From Elusimicrobiota bacterium (lineage in GTDB: Bacteria > Elusimicrobiota > Elusimicrobia > UBA1565 > JACRDR01): 64,000 nucleotides of DNA. The position numbers were made by a program, and so were the translations under genes. This document shows, one piece after another, positions 1 to 9,216 of this stretch (positions are counted from its first letter, which is position 1; each line of letters begins with the position of its first letter). The stretch is taken from assembly GCA_041694815.1 (NCBI GenBank), contig JBGFSC010000005.1, positions 1 to 64,000 of the forward strand, in the 5' to 3' direction. The notes under the pieces were generated by a model that made no database searches, was not told the DNA's origin, and saw only the letters and a list, made by a program, of their open reading frames with translations.

Positions 1-115
1 CGCTCATCGATCTTTTGGGACTTAATGAGCGCAGGCTTGGCCGCATTCGCGACGACAATTTACAAAAATTACAGCTAGATTTTGCCTTCTAGAAAAAACT
101 TTCTTGGGACAGCTG

Positions 116-155
116 TGGGCCGAAAGGCCCGCCTCGCCATAGGACCGACGCCCCA
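116..155. promoter_or_regulatory. Pair of 16-bp palindromic boxes (TGGGCC-GAAA-GGCCCG at 116; TAGGAC-CGAC-GCCCCA at 140)
   Basis: Same dyad consensus and about 24-bp period as the boxes at 23802-23863, 29409-29448 and 30238-30278. Confidence 0.5.
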
Positions 156-190
156 GGCGCATTTTCTCCGGAACGGCTATCCTTCTCGAG

Positions 191-1351
191 ATGGTAACGA
201 GAAGTCTCGTTGTTTTCCTGCTTGGCGCGGCCTGCCTGCCGGCCGCCTCTCAAGAGCTTGCCGTCATCCATCACCTTTACGAGCCGAACGACACCCGTTC
301 GCATACAGGAATGCTCCAAGGACTGTCTAACTCCGAGCTAAACGATTCGAAGCTCCTCCTAAGCGCCGGCAATACCCGCCACCTCTCCTTCAGCACGGAT
401 GGATCAAAGCTTTTGGTAGTTTCCCGTCACGGCTTTTCCGTACATCCCATCGATGGCTCCCCGCCATTCTATTATGAAGGAAAGGCGGTCTATCAAGCGA
501 AATTCCTACCCGATAATCCAGGCTCGTTGGTGCTCAATACCGGCGACATCGCCGTCTATTCTGCGAACGGGAATCAACTGCGGCGCTGGAGCGCCCCCAA
601 GAATATCCTTGAAAGACTCGTGGGACTGACGGATACCGGCGAGTTCAGAGACTTTTCCCTGACTCCGGATGGAAAGCTAATGGCCGCCACGACCGGAAGC
701 GGCCTGGTCATCGTCTGCGATCTGAGCGGAGGGCAGTGCCGTACGATCTATAAGGCTAAATTTAAGACTTGGGGAGCCCCCTTTTTCGCGTCCATCTCCC
801 CAGGCGGATCCAAGGTAGCCATTTTGAGTATCAATACAGTGGAGATCGTCGATTCTCGTGACGGAAAGCTGCTGCAACTTTGGCTGGACCAGTTTTTCGG
901 CGTTAAATCGATCGCCTTCAGCCCCGACGGACGCGGGCTCCTTATAGGAACCCATGCAGGATGCGGGCTTTGGGACCTCGGTACAACTCAACCCATATGG
1001 AAACTCAACGGCCAAGTCTCTCCTGTGTTTAGCCGGGATGGCTCCAAGGTCGCGACGGGCGCCATCTCCGATGGCAAAGCCACGATCTGGGACGCCGTCA
1101 CCGGCCAAAAAATAACTAGCCTGATAGGCCATCGCCAGCCCGTCGGAGCCTTGGCCTTCGGTGCCGATGGGAGGACCCTGGCTACGGCTTCCGAACACGA
1201 GGTTCGGATCTGGAATCTATATCGTTCTCCGGATGAGATCGCGGAACTGACTCAACGGCTCTCCCAGGAGCTCACCCAAAAGGCCGCGCCGAAGGCCTCC
1301 TTTGACGGCGAGAAAGGCGAAAGCGCCGAAGAGCGCTTCAAACTGCACTAA
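191..1351 (+). CDS. Secreted WD40-repeat (beta-propeller) protein
   Basis: N-terminal hydrophobic signal-like segment; repeated FS(P/R)DG..L motifs and a canonical WD repeat (LIGHRQPVGALAFGADGRTLATASEHEVRIWN). Confidence 0.85.
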   Translation: MVTRSLVVFLLGAACLPAASQELAVIHHLYEPNDTRSHTGMLQGLSNSELNDSKLLLSAGNTRHLSFSTDGSKLLVVSRHGFSVHPIDGSPPFYYEGKAVYQAKFLPDNPGSLVLNTGDIAVYSANGNQLRRWSAPKNILERLVGLTDTGEFRDFSLTPDGKLMAATTGSGLVIVCDLSGGQCRTIYKAKFKTWGAPFFASISPGGSKVAILSINTVEIVDSRDGKLLQLWLDQFFGVKSIAFSPDGRGLLIGTHAGCGLWDLGTTQPIWKLNGQVSPVFSRDGSKVATGAISDGKATIWDAVTGQKITSLIGHRQPVGALAFGADGRTLATASEHEVRIWNLYRSPDEIAELTQRLSQELTQKAAPKASFDGEKGESAEERFKLH

Positions 1352-1366
1352 GGGGCTCGGCCGCCT

Positions 1367-1774
1367 CTAATCCGAATAGACGACGTCGATCCTGCAGTTG
1401 AGCTCGCAGCCGCAGGGGTCCGGGGAGCCGTAGCGCTGGCGCTGGCATTTGCCGTTGGCCTCGGCCGAGGCCTCGCGGCCCTCGACCATCTTGGCGATGC
1501 GGCCCTCGAGGTCGAAGGTCCCCTCCCCGCAGGAGCCGGGGCAGGGGGCCGAAAAATCGAAGCGGTCCGAGGCGCCGAAGGCCCTCGTCTCCTCGCCGAT
1601 GACGGCCCGCTGGGGGTTGAGGAACTTGAGCTGCACGCTCACGCGCTTGATCAAGGGGTAATCGTTTCCAAGCACCCGGCTTCCCTGCCGCCGCTCGTCT
1701 TCGGCCCGCAGCACTTTCTTCTCGTTCTTGTTGGGCCCCGTATCCTTCTTGCGCTTCGGGAAATATCCTGCCAT
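1367..1774 (-). CDS. Hypothetical Cys-rich protein
   Basis: GC-biased ORF; TGG-TAGAAT extended -10 six nt upstream of ATG; CPGSC...C...CGC..C cluster. Confidence 0.7.
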   Translation of the reverse strand: MAGYFPKRKKDTGPNKNEKKVLRAEDERRQGSRVLGNDYPLIKRVSVQLKFLNPQRAVIGEETRAFGASDRFDFSAPCPGSCGEGTFDLEGRIAKMVEGREASAEANGKCQRQRYGSPDPCGCELNCRIDVVYSD

Positions 1775-1859
1775 TGCTTCATTCTACCAATTCCGGAGCA
1801 TGAAAGCAGAAAGACTCATTTGTTATACTGGCGCCCAACTTCCGCCTAGGAGATCCTCC

Positions 1860-3611
1860 ATGCCACTCGCCCTTTTGCTGCTCCTGTCCCCTCTCTGCGC
1901 CGCGGCGCAGGGGCCGCTCGCGGCCTCCTCGGCCGCCGTCCAATCGCCGGCTTCCGCGGCGTTCGCCCGGCTCGCCGAGGAGTACTGGGAGACGCTGATG
2001 CGCCTCGATCCCCTCGAGGCGACCTTCCTCAACCATCCCGGCTACAACGACAAGCTGCCCGACAACAGCGCCGCTGGGAGGGCCCAGGAGCTCGCCGACC
2101 TCTCGCGCCTATACCTGCGCCTCTCGGCCGTCAACCGCGCCGCGCTGCCCCCTTCCGAGAAGATCTCCTGGGACATCATGAAGCGGCAGATCGACATGCG
2201 CCGCGAGCAGCAGCGCTACAAGTTCTGGCAGTGGAGCGTCGACCACATGGACGGCCCCCAGGCGATGATCCCGACCCTCATCGAATTGGCCCAGCCGATG
2301 GGAACGGACGAGGACGCGAGCAACCTCATCCGGCGCCTGGAGGCGATGCCCGCCTTCTTCGCCGCCCAGATACAGAACCTACGGGAAGGGATGGCCGAAA
2401 AGCGCGTGGCCGCCCGCATCAACGTGGAAAAAACCATCAGCGGCCTCAAGGGGATGCTGGAGAAATCCCCCGAGAATACACCCTTCGCGGCGGCCGCCAA
2501 AAAGCTTCCCGAGGAGATCCGCGCCCGCCGCCTTCCGGACGTGGTCAAGGCCGTGGAAAATTCCGCGCTGCCCGCCTTCCGGCAATATCTCGACTTCCTG
2601 GAGAAGGAGTACCTCGACGCCGCCCGAGTGGAGCGCGTGGGGCTGGGCGCCCTGCCGGGCGGGGCCAGCGCGTACCGTTACATGATCCGCTTCCACACCA
2701 CGCTGGAGAAGACCCCCGAGGAGCTCCACCAGGTGGGTCTCGACGAGATCAAGGGCATCCACGCCGAGATGGAGGCCATCGCCAAGCGCCGCGGCCATTC
2801 CGGAGACCTAAAATCGTTCTTCAACGATATCCGCAATGACCCCGATAATTTCTTTAAGACCCGCGAGGAGGTGCTCCAGAACGCCAAGGACCTCGTCGCC
2901 AAGGCGCAGGAGCGCCTGCCGAAGTTCTTCGGCCTGCTCCCCAAGACCCCCCTGCTGGTCAAGCCGGTCGAGGAATACAACGAGAAGAACGAGGTGGCGG
3001 CGCGCTACTTTCCCCCGCCCGACGACTTGTCCCGACCGGGAATCTATTACATCAACACCTACGAGCCCGAGACCCGGCCGCGCTTCTCGATGGCCTCGCT
3101 GGCGGCGCACGAGGGCGTCCCCGGGCATCACCTGCAGATCGCCATCGCGACGGAGCAGCGCGGGCTGCCGCAGTTCCGGCGCCACGCGGGGTTTACCGCC
3201 TTCGTCGAGGGCTGGGCCCTGTACTCGGAGCGGCTCGCCGACGAGATGGGGCTCTACGAGGATGAGCTGTCTAAGTTCGGCATGCTCACCGACCAGGCCT
3301 TCCGCGCCTGCCGCCTCGTCGTTGACACGGGCATCCACGCCATGGAGTGGAGCCGGCAGGAGGCGATCGATTTCATGAAGCAGAACACGCCAATGTCGGA
3401 GGCCGAGATCGTCGCGGAGGTGGACCGCTACATCATGTGGCCCGGGCAGGCCCTAGCCTACAAGGTGGGCCAGCGCGAGATCGCCGCTCTGCGCCAAGAA
3501 GCCGAGGCCGCGCGGGGCAAGCGCTTCGATATCCGCGCCTTCCACGACACGGTACTCAAGAACGGAGCCGTTCCGCTGCCTACGCTCCGCCAGATCCTCG
3601 CCTCGTTTTGA
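1860..3611 (+). CDS. DUF885 family secreted putative metallopeptidase
   Basis: HEGVPGHHLQ, FVEGWALYSE, RACRLVVDTGIH and PGQALAYKVG motifs; signal peptide from ATG 1860 preceded by AGGAG. Confidence 0.92.
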   Translation: MPLALLLLLSPLCAAAQGPLAASSAAVQSPASAAFARLAEEYWETLMRLDPLEATFLNHPGYNDKLPDNSAAGRAQELADLSRLYLRLSAVNRAALPPSEKISWDIMKRQIDMRREQQRYKFWQWSVDHMDGPQAMIPTLIELAQPMGTDEDASNLIRRLEAMPAFFAAQIQNLREGMAEKRVAARINVEKTISGLKGMLEKSPENTPFAAAAKKLPEEIRARRLPDVVKAVENSALPAFRQYLDFLEKEYLDAARVERVGLGALPGGASAYRYMIRFHTTLEKTPEELHQVGLDEIKGIHAEMEAIAKRRGHSGDLKSFFNDIRNDPDNFFKTREEVLQNAKDLVAKAQERLPKFFGLLPKTPLLVKPVEEYNEKNEVAARYFPPPDDLSRPGIYYINTYEPETRPRFSMASLAAHEGVPGHHLQIAIATEQRGLPQFRRHAGFTAFVEGWALYSERLADEMGLYEDELSKFGMLTDQAFRACRLVVDTGIHAMEWSRQEAIDFMKQNTPMSEAEIVAEVDRYIMWPGQALAYKVGQREIAALRQEAEAARGKRFDIRAFHDTVLKNGAVPLPTLRQILASF

Positions 3612-4707
3612 GCACGAGCCGGTAGCAGCCCCAGACCCTCTCGAAGTGGGAGTCCCAGTCGTTTCCGCGCGCGCACTCGCGCCCGAGCGAGCCTAAGCGA
3701 GCGCGCAGGGCCGGGTCGGAGGCGAGCGCCCTCATTTTCTCTGCCAGCGCGCCCTCCTCGGCCGGCTCCACGATGAAGTCGCGCGCCTCGCCGCGCAGGA
3801 GTTCCGCCGCCCCGACCCTGGGCCCCGTGATCACGGCGATCCCGCAGGCCATGGCCTCCTGGACGCTCATGCCGAATTCCTCGTAATGGGCCGGCAGCAC
3901 GTACGCGTCTAGGGCATGGAGGATGCGCTCCACCGAAGGGGCGGGAGGCAAGAATCGGACCAGGCCCCCGATCCCTCCCTCGGCGGCCCGGCGCCGATAT
4001 TCGTCAAGGCGCTTTTCCTTGCCGACCACGACGGCCTTGACGGAGGGGGCCTTGATCCTGCCTAAAGCCCCCAGGAATTGGGCCACTCCCCTTTTCCTGA
4101 AATCCCCGGAGGTGACCAGGCCGAAAAGGAAGTCCCGCGGGCCGACCCCAAGCTCCCGGCGCGCGGCTTCGCGCTGCTCGGCGGAGGGCGGCCGGAAGCG
4201 GGAGGGGTCATAACCCGGGTAGATGACGACGATCTTTCCGGGGGGAACGCCGAAGCGCCGCGAGAGCTCCTCGCTCATGAGCCTCGAGTTGGCGATAAGG
4301 CATTCGAAGCGCCCCTCCCTCAATATTTTCTCGTGCAGGGCGCCGACGCCAGAACCCTCCTCTAGGGCCCGACCGTGCATCGCCTCGTGCGTAGCATGGA
4401 CGCAGTTATGCAGGCTCAACACGTCCTGCTCGAGATTGTCCCCGTGGCCGTGGACGATGTCGTAGCCCCGCCGCGCGAGCGCACGGTCGACGCGGGCGGC
4501 GAAGAAGCGGCGTTTGAAGCGCCCCAAGGGCCAGGCCCAGAGGCGCTGCGGGGCACCCCCGGCGGCCCGGATCGCGTCCTCGTCGAGCCGCTCCCCGAAC
4601 ACGTCGACGCTCCAGCCGCGCTGCTCCAGGCGCCGGCAATGCTCCAGGATATAGGTAGTAGCGCCGCTAGGCCCTTCGACCCAGCGAGAGACGATGGCGG
4701 CCCTCAA
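3580..4707 (-). CDS. Glycosyltransferase family 4 (WaaG/RfaG-like)
   Basis: YEEFGMSVQEAMACG GT4 motif, DFRKRG, IANS; probable TTG start at 4707 overlapping the lepB stop. Confidence 0.88.
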   Translation of the reverse strand: MRAAIVSRWVEGPSGATTYILEHCRRLEQRGWSVDVFGERLDEDAIRAAGGAPQRLWAWPLGRFKRRFFAARVDRALARRGYDIVHGHGDNLEQDVLSLHNCVHATHEAMHGRALEEGSGVGALHEKILREGRFECLIANSRLMSEELSRRFGVPPGKIVVIYPGYDPSRFRPPSAEQREAARRELGVGPRDFLFGLVTSGDFRKRGVAQFLGALGRIKAPSVKAVVVGKEKRLDEYRRRAAEGGIGGLVRFLPPAPSVERILHALDAYVLPAHYEEFGMSVQEAMACGIAVITGPRVGAAELLRGEARDFIVEPAEEGALAEKMRALASDPALRARLGSLGRECARGNDWDSHFERVWGCYRLVLKTRRGSGGA

Positions 4708-5219
4708 TAGAATCCGCGGAGCACGCCCCGCACCGAGGACATGGGGAGGAAGTAGACGGGCTCCTTGCTCTGGGGGTCCTGCCATACCGTGGAGTCGTCG
4801 GACTCGTCGCGGTTGTCTCCCAGCACGAACAGATGCCCCTCGGGGACCTTCAGGGGGCCGATGTTGTCGCCCTTAAGCCTTTCTTCCGCCCGCGTGTGCT
4901 GGATGTAATGCTCGAGGAGCTCGACGCCGTTGAGGATCACCTTCTTGTTGCGTATCTCGACCTCGTCGCCGCCCACCGCGATGACGCGCTTGGCCATTTC
5001 CTCATACGGCGGGACGGGGGCCGTGAAAACGATGATCTCCCCCCTCTGGGGAGCGCGGAAGCGGTAGGTGACCTTGTCCAGGAACAGATGCGCGTCGACG
5101 GGCAGCGTCGGCTGCATCGAGCCGGTGGCGATGTATATCCCCTCGAAGCAGACGCCGCGGATGAACAGGGTCACGCCCACGGCGATGGAGCACAAGAACA
5201 GCAGGCGCCTGACGTCCAC
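4704..5219 (-). CDS. lepB: Signal peptidase I
   Basis: GSMQPTL (catalytic Ser), KRVIAVGGD (Lys), FVLGDNRDESDDS. Confidence 0.93.
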   Translation of the reverse strand: MDVRRLLFLCSIAVGVTLFIRGVCFEGIYIATGSMQPTLPVDAHLFLDKVTYRFRAPQRGEIIVFTAPVPPYEEMAKRVIAVGGDEVEIRNKKVILNGVELLEHYIQHTRAEERLKGDNIGPLKVPEGHLFVLGDNRDESDDSTVWQDPQSKEPVYFLPMSSVRGVLRGFY

Positions 5220-5251
5220 CGCCAGAAGTGTAACAGGAGTCGGACCCTAGT

Positions 5252-5716
5252 TCAAGATTCGGCGCGGGATCCGGCGTATTCGTAGGAATGGAGGCACCAC
5301 TCCGTCTCGGATTCGGACCAGCAGCCGAATACCCACTCCTCGCCCAGCTTGGATAGGTCCAATACCTTGCCGTTGGAATAGCGATGGGTGGTCTGAGCCC
5401 CGGCCTGCAAGGCCCGCTTTCGCGCCTCGACGGGAAGGCGTAGGGCGTAGGCATGCGTGCCCCTCGCCCAACCGAAGATCACGCCTCGGCGGGGATGGAC
5501 GAGCACCGGGCTGCCGTAGACCACCCATTGGCATCGCTCGGGCAGCGACGCGGTGATCTCGTTCCAGAGACGCTCGACCGTGTCCGGATGCGTTCCCAAC
5601 CCCATAAAGTCATCGGGTTGCGGCGCCCGGCTTTTGTCGCGCTTGCCGGCGGGGCCCGCGTCCCTCAAGAAGCGCAGCACCGCCTCGTTGAGCGGGCTGG
5701 CGAAATCAACCTCCAC
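5252..5716 (-). CDS. Hypothetical protein
   Basis: Fits the gap between lepB and the terminator; TAGAAT -10 seven nt before GTG; no family recognised. Confidence 0.7.
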   Translation of the reverse strand: MEVDFASPLNEAVLRFLRDAGPAGKRDKSRAPQPDDFMGLGTHPDTVERLWNEITASLPERCQWVVYGSPVLVHPRRGVIFGWARGTHAYALRLPVEARKRALQAGAQTTHRYSNGKVLDLSKLGEEWVFGCWSESETEWCLHSYEYAGSRAES

Positions 5717-5730
5717 CCGCGGGATTCTAT

Positions 5731-5760
5731 AAAAAAGGCGGCCCCCTATGGGGCCGCCTT
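5731..5760 (-). terminator. Rho-independent terminator of the peroxiredoxin gene
   Basis: On the minus strand, stem AAGGCGGCCCC/GGGGCCGCCTT with a 4-nt loop running into a T6 tract, 15 nt after the stop. Confidence 0.85.
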
Positions 5761-5774
5761 GAACCGCCGCAACT

Positions 5775-6434
5775 TTAGGCTTCCGGCTGCGGGGTGATGC
5801 GCAGGTAGGGGCGAAGCGTCTTAAACCCCTTCGGGAACTTCTTTTTCGCGTCCTCGTCCGAGATGCTCGGCAGGATGATGCAGTCGCCGCCCTTCTTCCA
5901 ATTCACGGGGGTGGCGACGCTGGCCCGGTCGGTAAGCTGGAGGGCGTCGAGCACGCGCAGCACCTCCTCGAAATTGCGGCCGGTCGGCGCGGGATAGGTG
6001 ATCATGGCTCGGACCTTCTTCTTGGGGTCGATGAAGAACACCGTGCGGACGGTGAAGGTGTCGGAGGCGTTGGGGTGGATCATCCCGTAGGTCTGGGCGA
6101 CCTCCTTGGCCGACTCGCCCCCCAGGATCGGGTAGTCGACCTTGACCCCCTGTGTCTCGTTAATGTCGAGCGTCCACTTCTTGTGGTCGGCCACGGAATC
6201 CACGCTGACAGCCAGCACCTTGGCGTTGCGCTTGGCCCACTCGGGCTTCATCTTGGCGACCTGCCCGAGCTCGGTGGTGCAGACCGGGGTGAAATCCTTC
6301 GGGTGCGAGAAGAAGACGACCCAGCTCTCGCCGGCCCATTTGTAGAAATCGATGGGACCCGCGGTGGAATCCGCCGTGAAATCCGGCGCTACGTCGTTGA
6401 TGCGTATCGGCTTTTGCTCGATGGTAGTTGGCAT
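5775..6434 (-). CDS. 1-Cys peroxiredoxin (Prx6 family)
   Basis: FSHPKDFTPVCTTELG motif, YPAPTGRNFEE, TPVNWKKG; AGGAG SD. Confidence 0.95.
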   Translation of the reverse strand: MPTTIEQKPIRINDVAPDFTADSTAGPIDFYKWAGESWVVFFSHPKDFTPVCTTELGQVAKMKPEWAKRNAKVLAVSVDSVADHKKWTLDINETQGVKVDYPILGGESAKEVAQTYGMIHPNASDTFTVRTVFFIDPKKKVRAMITYPAPTGRNFEEVLRVLDALQLTDRASVATPVNWKKGGDCIILPSISDEDAKKKFPKGFKTLRPYLRITPQPEA

Positions 6435-6531
6435 AAGATATCTCCTTTTGGTTGAACGGATACCGCTAACGGCCTAGAATGCTAGCAATAGCGGGCGCGG
6501 ATGTAAACGACATTTCGATGACTGCGAGATC

Positions 6532-6605
6532 TGGTGGACCCGAAGGGAGTCGAACCCTTAATACTTCCATGCCATGGAAGCGTGATCCCATTTCACCACG
6601 GGCCC
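6532..6605 (-). tRNA. tRNA-Ala(GGC)
   Basis: Cloverleaf GGGCCCG/CGGGTCC with G3:U70, anticodon arm CTTCC-ATGGCAT-GGAAG, T-arm AAGGG-TTCGACT-CCCTT, encoded CCA. Confidence 0.93.
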
Positions 6606-6610
6606 AAAAT

Positions 6611-6637
6611 TGCGCGGGGGGGACTTGAACCCCCACG
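6611..6637 (-). pseudogene. tRNA-Leu 3'-end remnant (T-arm plus acceptor strand)
   Basis: CGTGGGGG-TTCAAGT-CCCCCCCGCGCA resembles the 3' end of the adjacent tRNA-Leu; no 5' half present. Confidence 0.6.
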
Positions 6638-6675
6638 TGCTTGGGACAACAAGACGGTCCTCAGCACTAAACTCT

Positions 6676-6757
6676 TGCGCGGGGTGGGACTTGAACCCAC
6701 ACGGGTTTCCCCATACGCCCCTCAAACGTACGCGTCTGCCAGTTCCGCCACCCGCGC
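6676..6757 (-). tRNA. tRNA-Leu(GAG)
   Basis: GCGCGGG/CCCGCGC acceptor, anticodon arm TACGT-TTGAGGG-GCGTA, long variable arm, T-arm GTGGG-TTCAAGT-CCCAC; CCA not encoded. Confidence 0.95.
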
Positions 6758-6764
6758 GTATTTC

Positions 6765-7061
6765 TTACTTATTCACCGGCTGGGAAATCGGGGGCGGTGG
6801 GGGCGGCGCCGTCATCGTGACGCTGCGCATGCCCGAGCGGCTCGACATCAACGCCAAGAAAAGCGAGGTGAACGCGAAGGTCCCCGCCAACACCGCCGTC
6901 AACTGCTTCATGAAGCCGGTGGTCGTCGGCGCGGTAAAGAGCGCGTCACTTCCGCCCCCCCCGAATACGGCAAGGCCCGCACCCCGGCCGGCCTGGAGCA
7001 GCACGACCAGGATGAGGAGCACGCAAGCCGCCACGTGGATGGACATCAAAAAACCGTACAT
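6765..7061 (-). CDS. secG: Preprotein translocase subunit SecG
   Basis: LILVVLLQAGRGAGLAVFGGGGSDALF motif, two TM helices, typical position between pgk and tRNA-Leu. Confidence 0.93.
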   Translation of the reverse strand: MYGFLMSIHVAACVLLILVVLLQAGRGAGLAVFGGGGSDALFTAPTTTGFMKQLTAVLAGTFAFTSLFLALMSSRSGMRSVTMTAPPPPPPISQPVNK

Positions 7062-7095
7062 CGCGCTTAATTATAACAGTTTTGCCCGAGACCCG

Positions 7096-8304
7096 TCAAA
7101 AAGAGAGCGCCGTCAGCCCCGGAAGGGCTTTCCCCTCCAAAAGCTCCAGGCTGGCCCCCCCTCCGGTTGAGCAATGGCTGATCTGACCCGAGACCCCGGC
7201 CTTATGGATCACCGCGAGACTATCGCCGCCCCCCACCACCGAGACGGCCCCGCCGCGCGTCGCCCTGGCGATGGCCTTGGCGACGGCGAGGCTTCCCTGC
7301 GCGAAGGGATCCATCTCGAAGATGCCCATGGGACCATTCCAGAATATGGTCCGCGCCATGCGTATCTCCTCCTGGAAAAACTCGACGCTGCGGGGGCCGA
7401 TGTCGACTCCTATCTTATTCTCGGGGATCGCCATCCCAGAGGTCTCCTCGATGGCCGCCCGCTCGGAGATATCCACCACGACCCGGTGATCGGCGGGAAG
7501 CAGGCACTCCACACCGCGATGATAGGCCTTCTCGATGATTCTCTTGGCCTCCTCCACCTTGTCCTTCTCCAGGAGCGAGCGGCCGATGGACATGCCCTGG
7601 GCCGCCATGAAGGTGTAGGCCATGCCCCCGCCGATGACGAGGGTATCGACTCTTTCGATGAGCTTCTCGAGCACGCCGATCTTGTCGGAGACCTTGGCCC
7701 CGCCCAAGATGGCCAAAAACGGATGCTCCGGGTTTCCGGTGAGCCTTCCCAGGAAATCGAGCTCTTTTTGGACGAGCAGCCCCACGCAGCCGGGAAGGTG
7801 CCTCGGGACGCCGGCGGTGGAGGCGTGCGCCCGGTGCAGGGCCCCGAAGGCCTCCTGCACAAAGAGTTCCCCGTGCTTGGCCAGAAGCGCCGCGAACGCG
7901 GGGTCATTGCCCTCCTCCTCCGGATGGAAGCGGAGATTCTCGAGCAGCAACAGTTCGCCCTCGCGCAGGCCCCGGGCGGCCTTCTCGGCCGCGGGGCCCA
8001 CGCAATCCGGCGCGAAAAGTACCTTGGCCCCGAGCCGACGCTCAAGCTCCGCGGCCACCGGGCGTAGGCTGTACTTGGGCTCGGGCTTGCCCTTGGGCCG
8101 CCCCAGATGGGAAATCAGCACGATCCGGCTCCGCTTCTCCAGCAAGGACCGCAGGGTCGGCAGGGTTTCCTCGATGCGGCTGGAGTCCGCGACGGAGCCG
8201 TTTTTAAGCGGGACGTTGAAATCGACGCGCAGCAGCACGCGCTTTCCGGCGGCGTCGACATCCTGAAGTCTTTTCAATCGCAAGGCGGTTTTCTCGGCCA
8301 TCAA
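7096..8304 (-). CDS. pgk: Phosphoglycerate kinase
   Basis: [43 protein letters not shown]. Confidence 0.98.
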   Translation of the reverse strand: MMAEKTALRLKRLQDVDAAGKRVLLRVDFNVPLKNGSVADSSRIEETLPTLRSLLEKRSRIVLISHLGRPKGKPEPKYSLRPVAAELERRLGAKVLFAPDCVGPAAEKAARGLREGELLLLENLRFHPEEEGNDPAFAALLAKHGELFVQEAFGALHRAHASTAGVPRHLPGCVGLLVQKELDFLGRLTGNPEHPFLAILGGAKVSDKIGVLEKLIERVDTLVIGGGMAYTFMAAQGMSIGRSLLEKDKVEEAKRIIEKAYHRGVECLLPADHRVVVDISERAAIEETSGMAIPENKIGVDIGPRSVEFFQEEIRMARTIFWNGPMGIFEMDPFAQGSLAVAKAIARATRGGAVSVVGGGDSLAVIHKAGVSGQISHCSTGGGASLELLEGKALPGLTALSF

Positions 8305-9212
8305 TATATTCTCTTGCCGAGGGCGGATTGAATGAGCTCGGAGGCCAGAACCGCGGTCATGTTGTGGCTGTCCTCGAGGGGGTTGACCTCGGTCAGGTCT
8401 AGCGAGAGCAGCCTTCCGGATTCGGCGACGATCTCCATGAGCAGATGCGCCTCCCGGTAATTGAGCCCGCCGCGCTTGGGGGTGCCCACCCCCTCCGCGA
8501 TCGAGGGGTCGGCGGCGTCGATGTCGAAGCTCACATGGATCCCGGCGGTCCCCTCGCCCGCAGTCTCGATGGCCTGTTCGATCACCCGAGCCAACCCATG
8601 GCGGTCGATGTCCATCATGGTGAAAACGCGGATGCCGGACTTGCGGAGATTGGCCCTCTCGCCGGCATCGAGATCCCGGACCCCTACGAGGGCGACGCGC
8701 GAGGCGGCGACGGCGGGAGAAAAACCGGCCAGGCGGGAAAGGGCCTTGTCCCCCATCCCCAGTATATGCGCGAGCGGCATGCCGTGCAGGTTGCCGCTGG
8801 GAGAGGTCTGTGGAGTATTGATGTCGCCGTGGGCGTCTACCCAGATGAGCCCGATGTCCTTGCCCGACTCCCGAAAGCGCCGCGCGACCCCCGAAACGGA
8901 GCCGGCGGCCAGGCTGTGGTCGCCGCCGAGCACCACCGGGGTATGGCCGGATTTAAGCGCATCATAAGTTTCCTCCGCCAGGAGCCGGCAGACCTTGCGG
9001 ATCACCGGCGCGTATTTCATTTTCCCGCCGCCCGGCCTAACGTTCTCCTTCGGGACGGCGATGTCGCCGAGATCGGCGACCGCCAGGCCCATGCCCTCCA
9101 GGTGTTTTTGCAGCTCGGCCCGACGGATGGCCGCAGGTCCGCCCGAAGCGCCGCGCTTGGAGGCTCCCCAGTCCAGCGGGACTCCGATCAAGGCGACTTT
9201 GCGCGACCCCAT
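8301..9212 (-). CDS. rocF: Arginase
   Basis: GGDHS, DAHGDINTPQTSPSGNLHGMP, SFDIDAADP, EVNP motifs; probable start ATG 9212. Confidence 0.93.
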   Translation of the reverse strand: MGSRKVALIGVPLDWGASKRGASGGPAAIRRAELQKHLEGMGLAVADLGDIAVPKENVRPGGGKMKYAPVIRKVCRLLAEETYDALKSGHTPVVLGGDHSLAAGSVSGVARRFRESGKDIGLIWVDAHGDINTPQTSPSGNLHGMPLAHILGMGDKALSRLAGFSPAVAASRVALVGVRDLDAGERANLRKSGIRVFTMMDIDRHGLARVIEQAIETAGEGTAGIHVSFDIDAADPSIAEGVGTPKRGGLNYREAHLLMEIVAESGRLLSLDLTEVNPLEDSHNMTAVLASELIQSALGKRIY

Positions 9213-9216
9213 ACGC

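Noticed and set aside
6534..7170. Plus-strand ORFs over the tRNA cluster, and the N-terminal extension of 58434-59066
   Set aside because: They are translations of tRNA genes or of the secG antisense strand.
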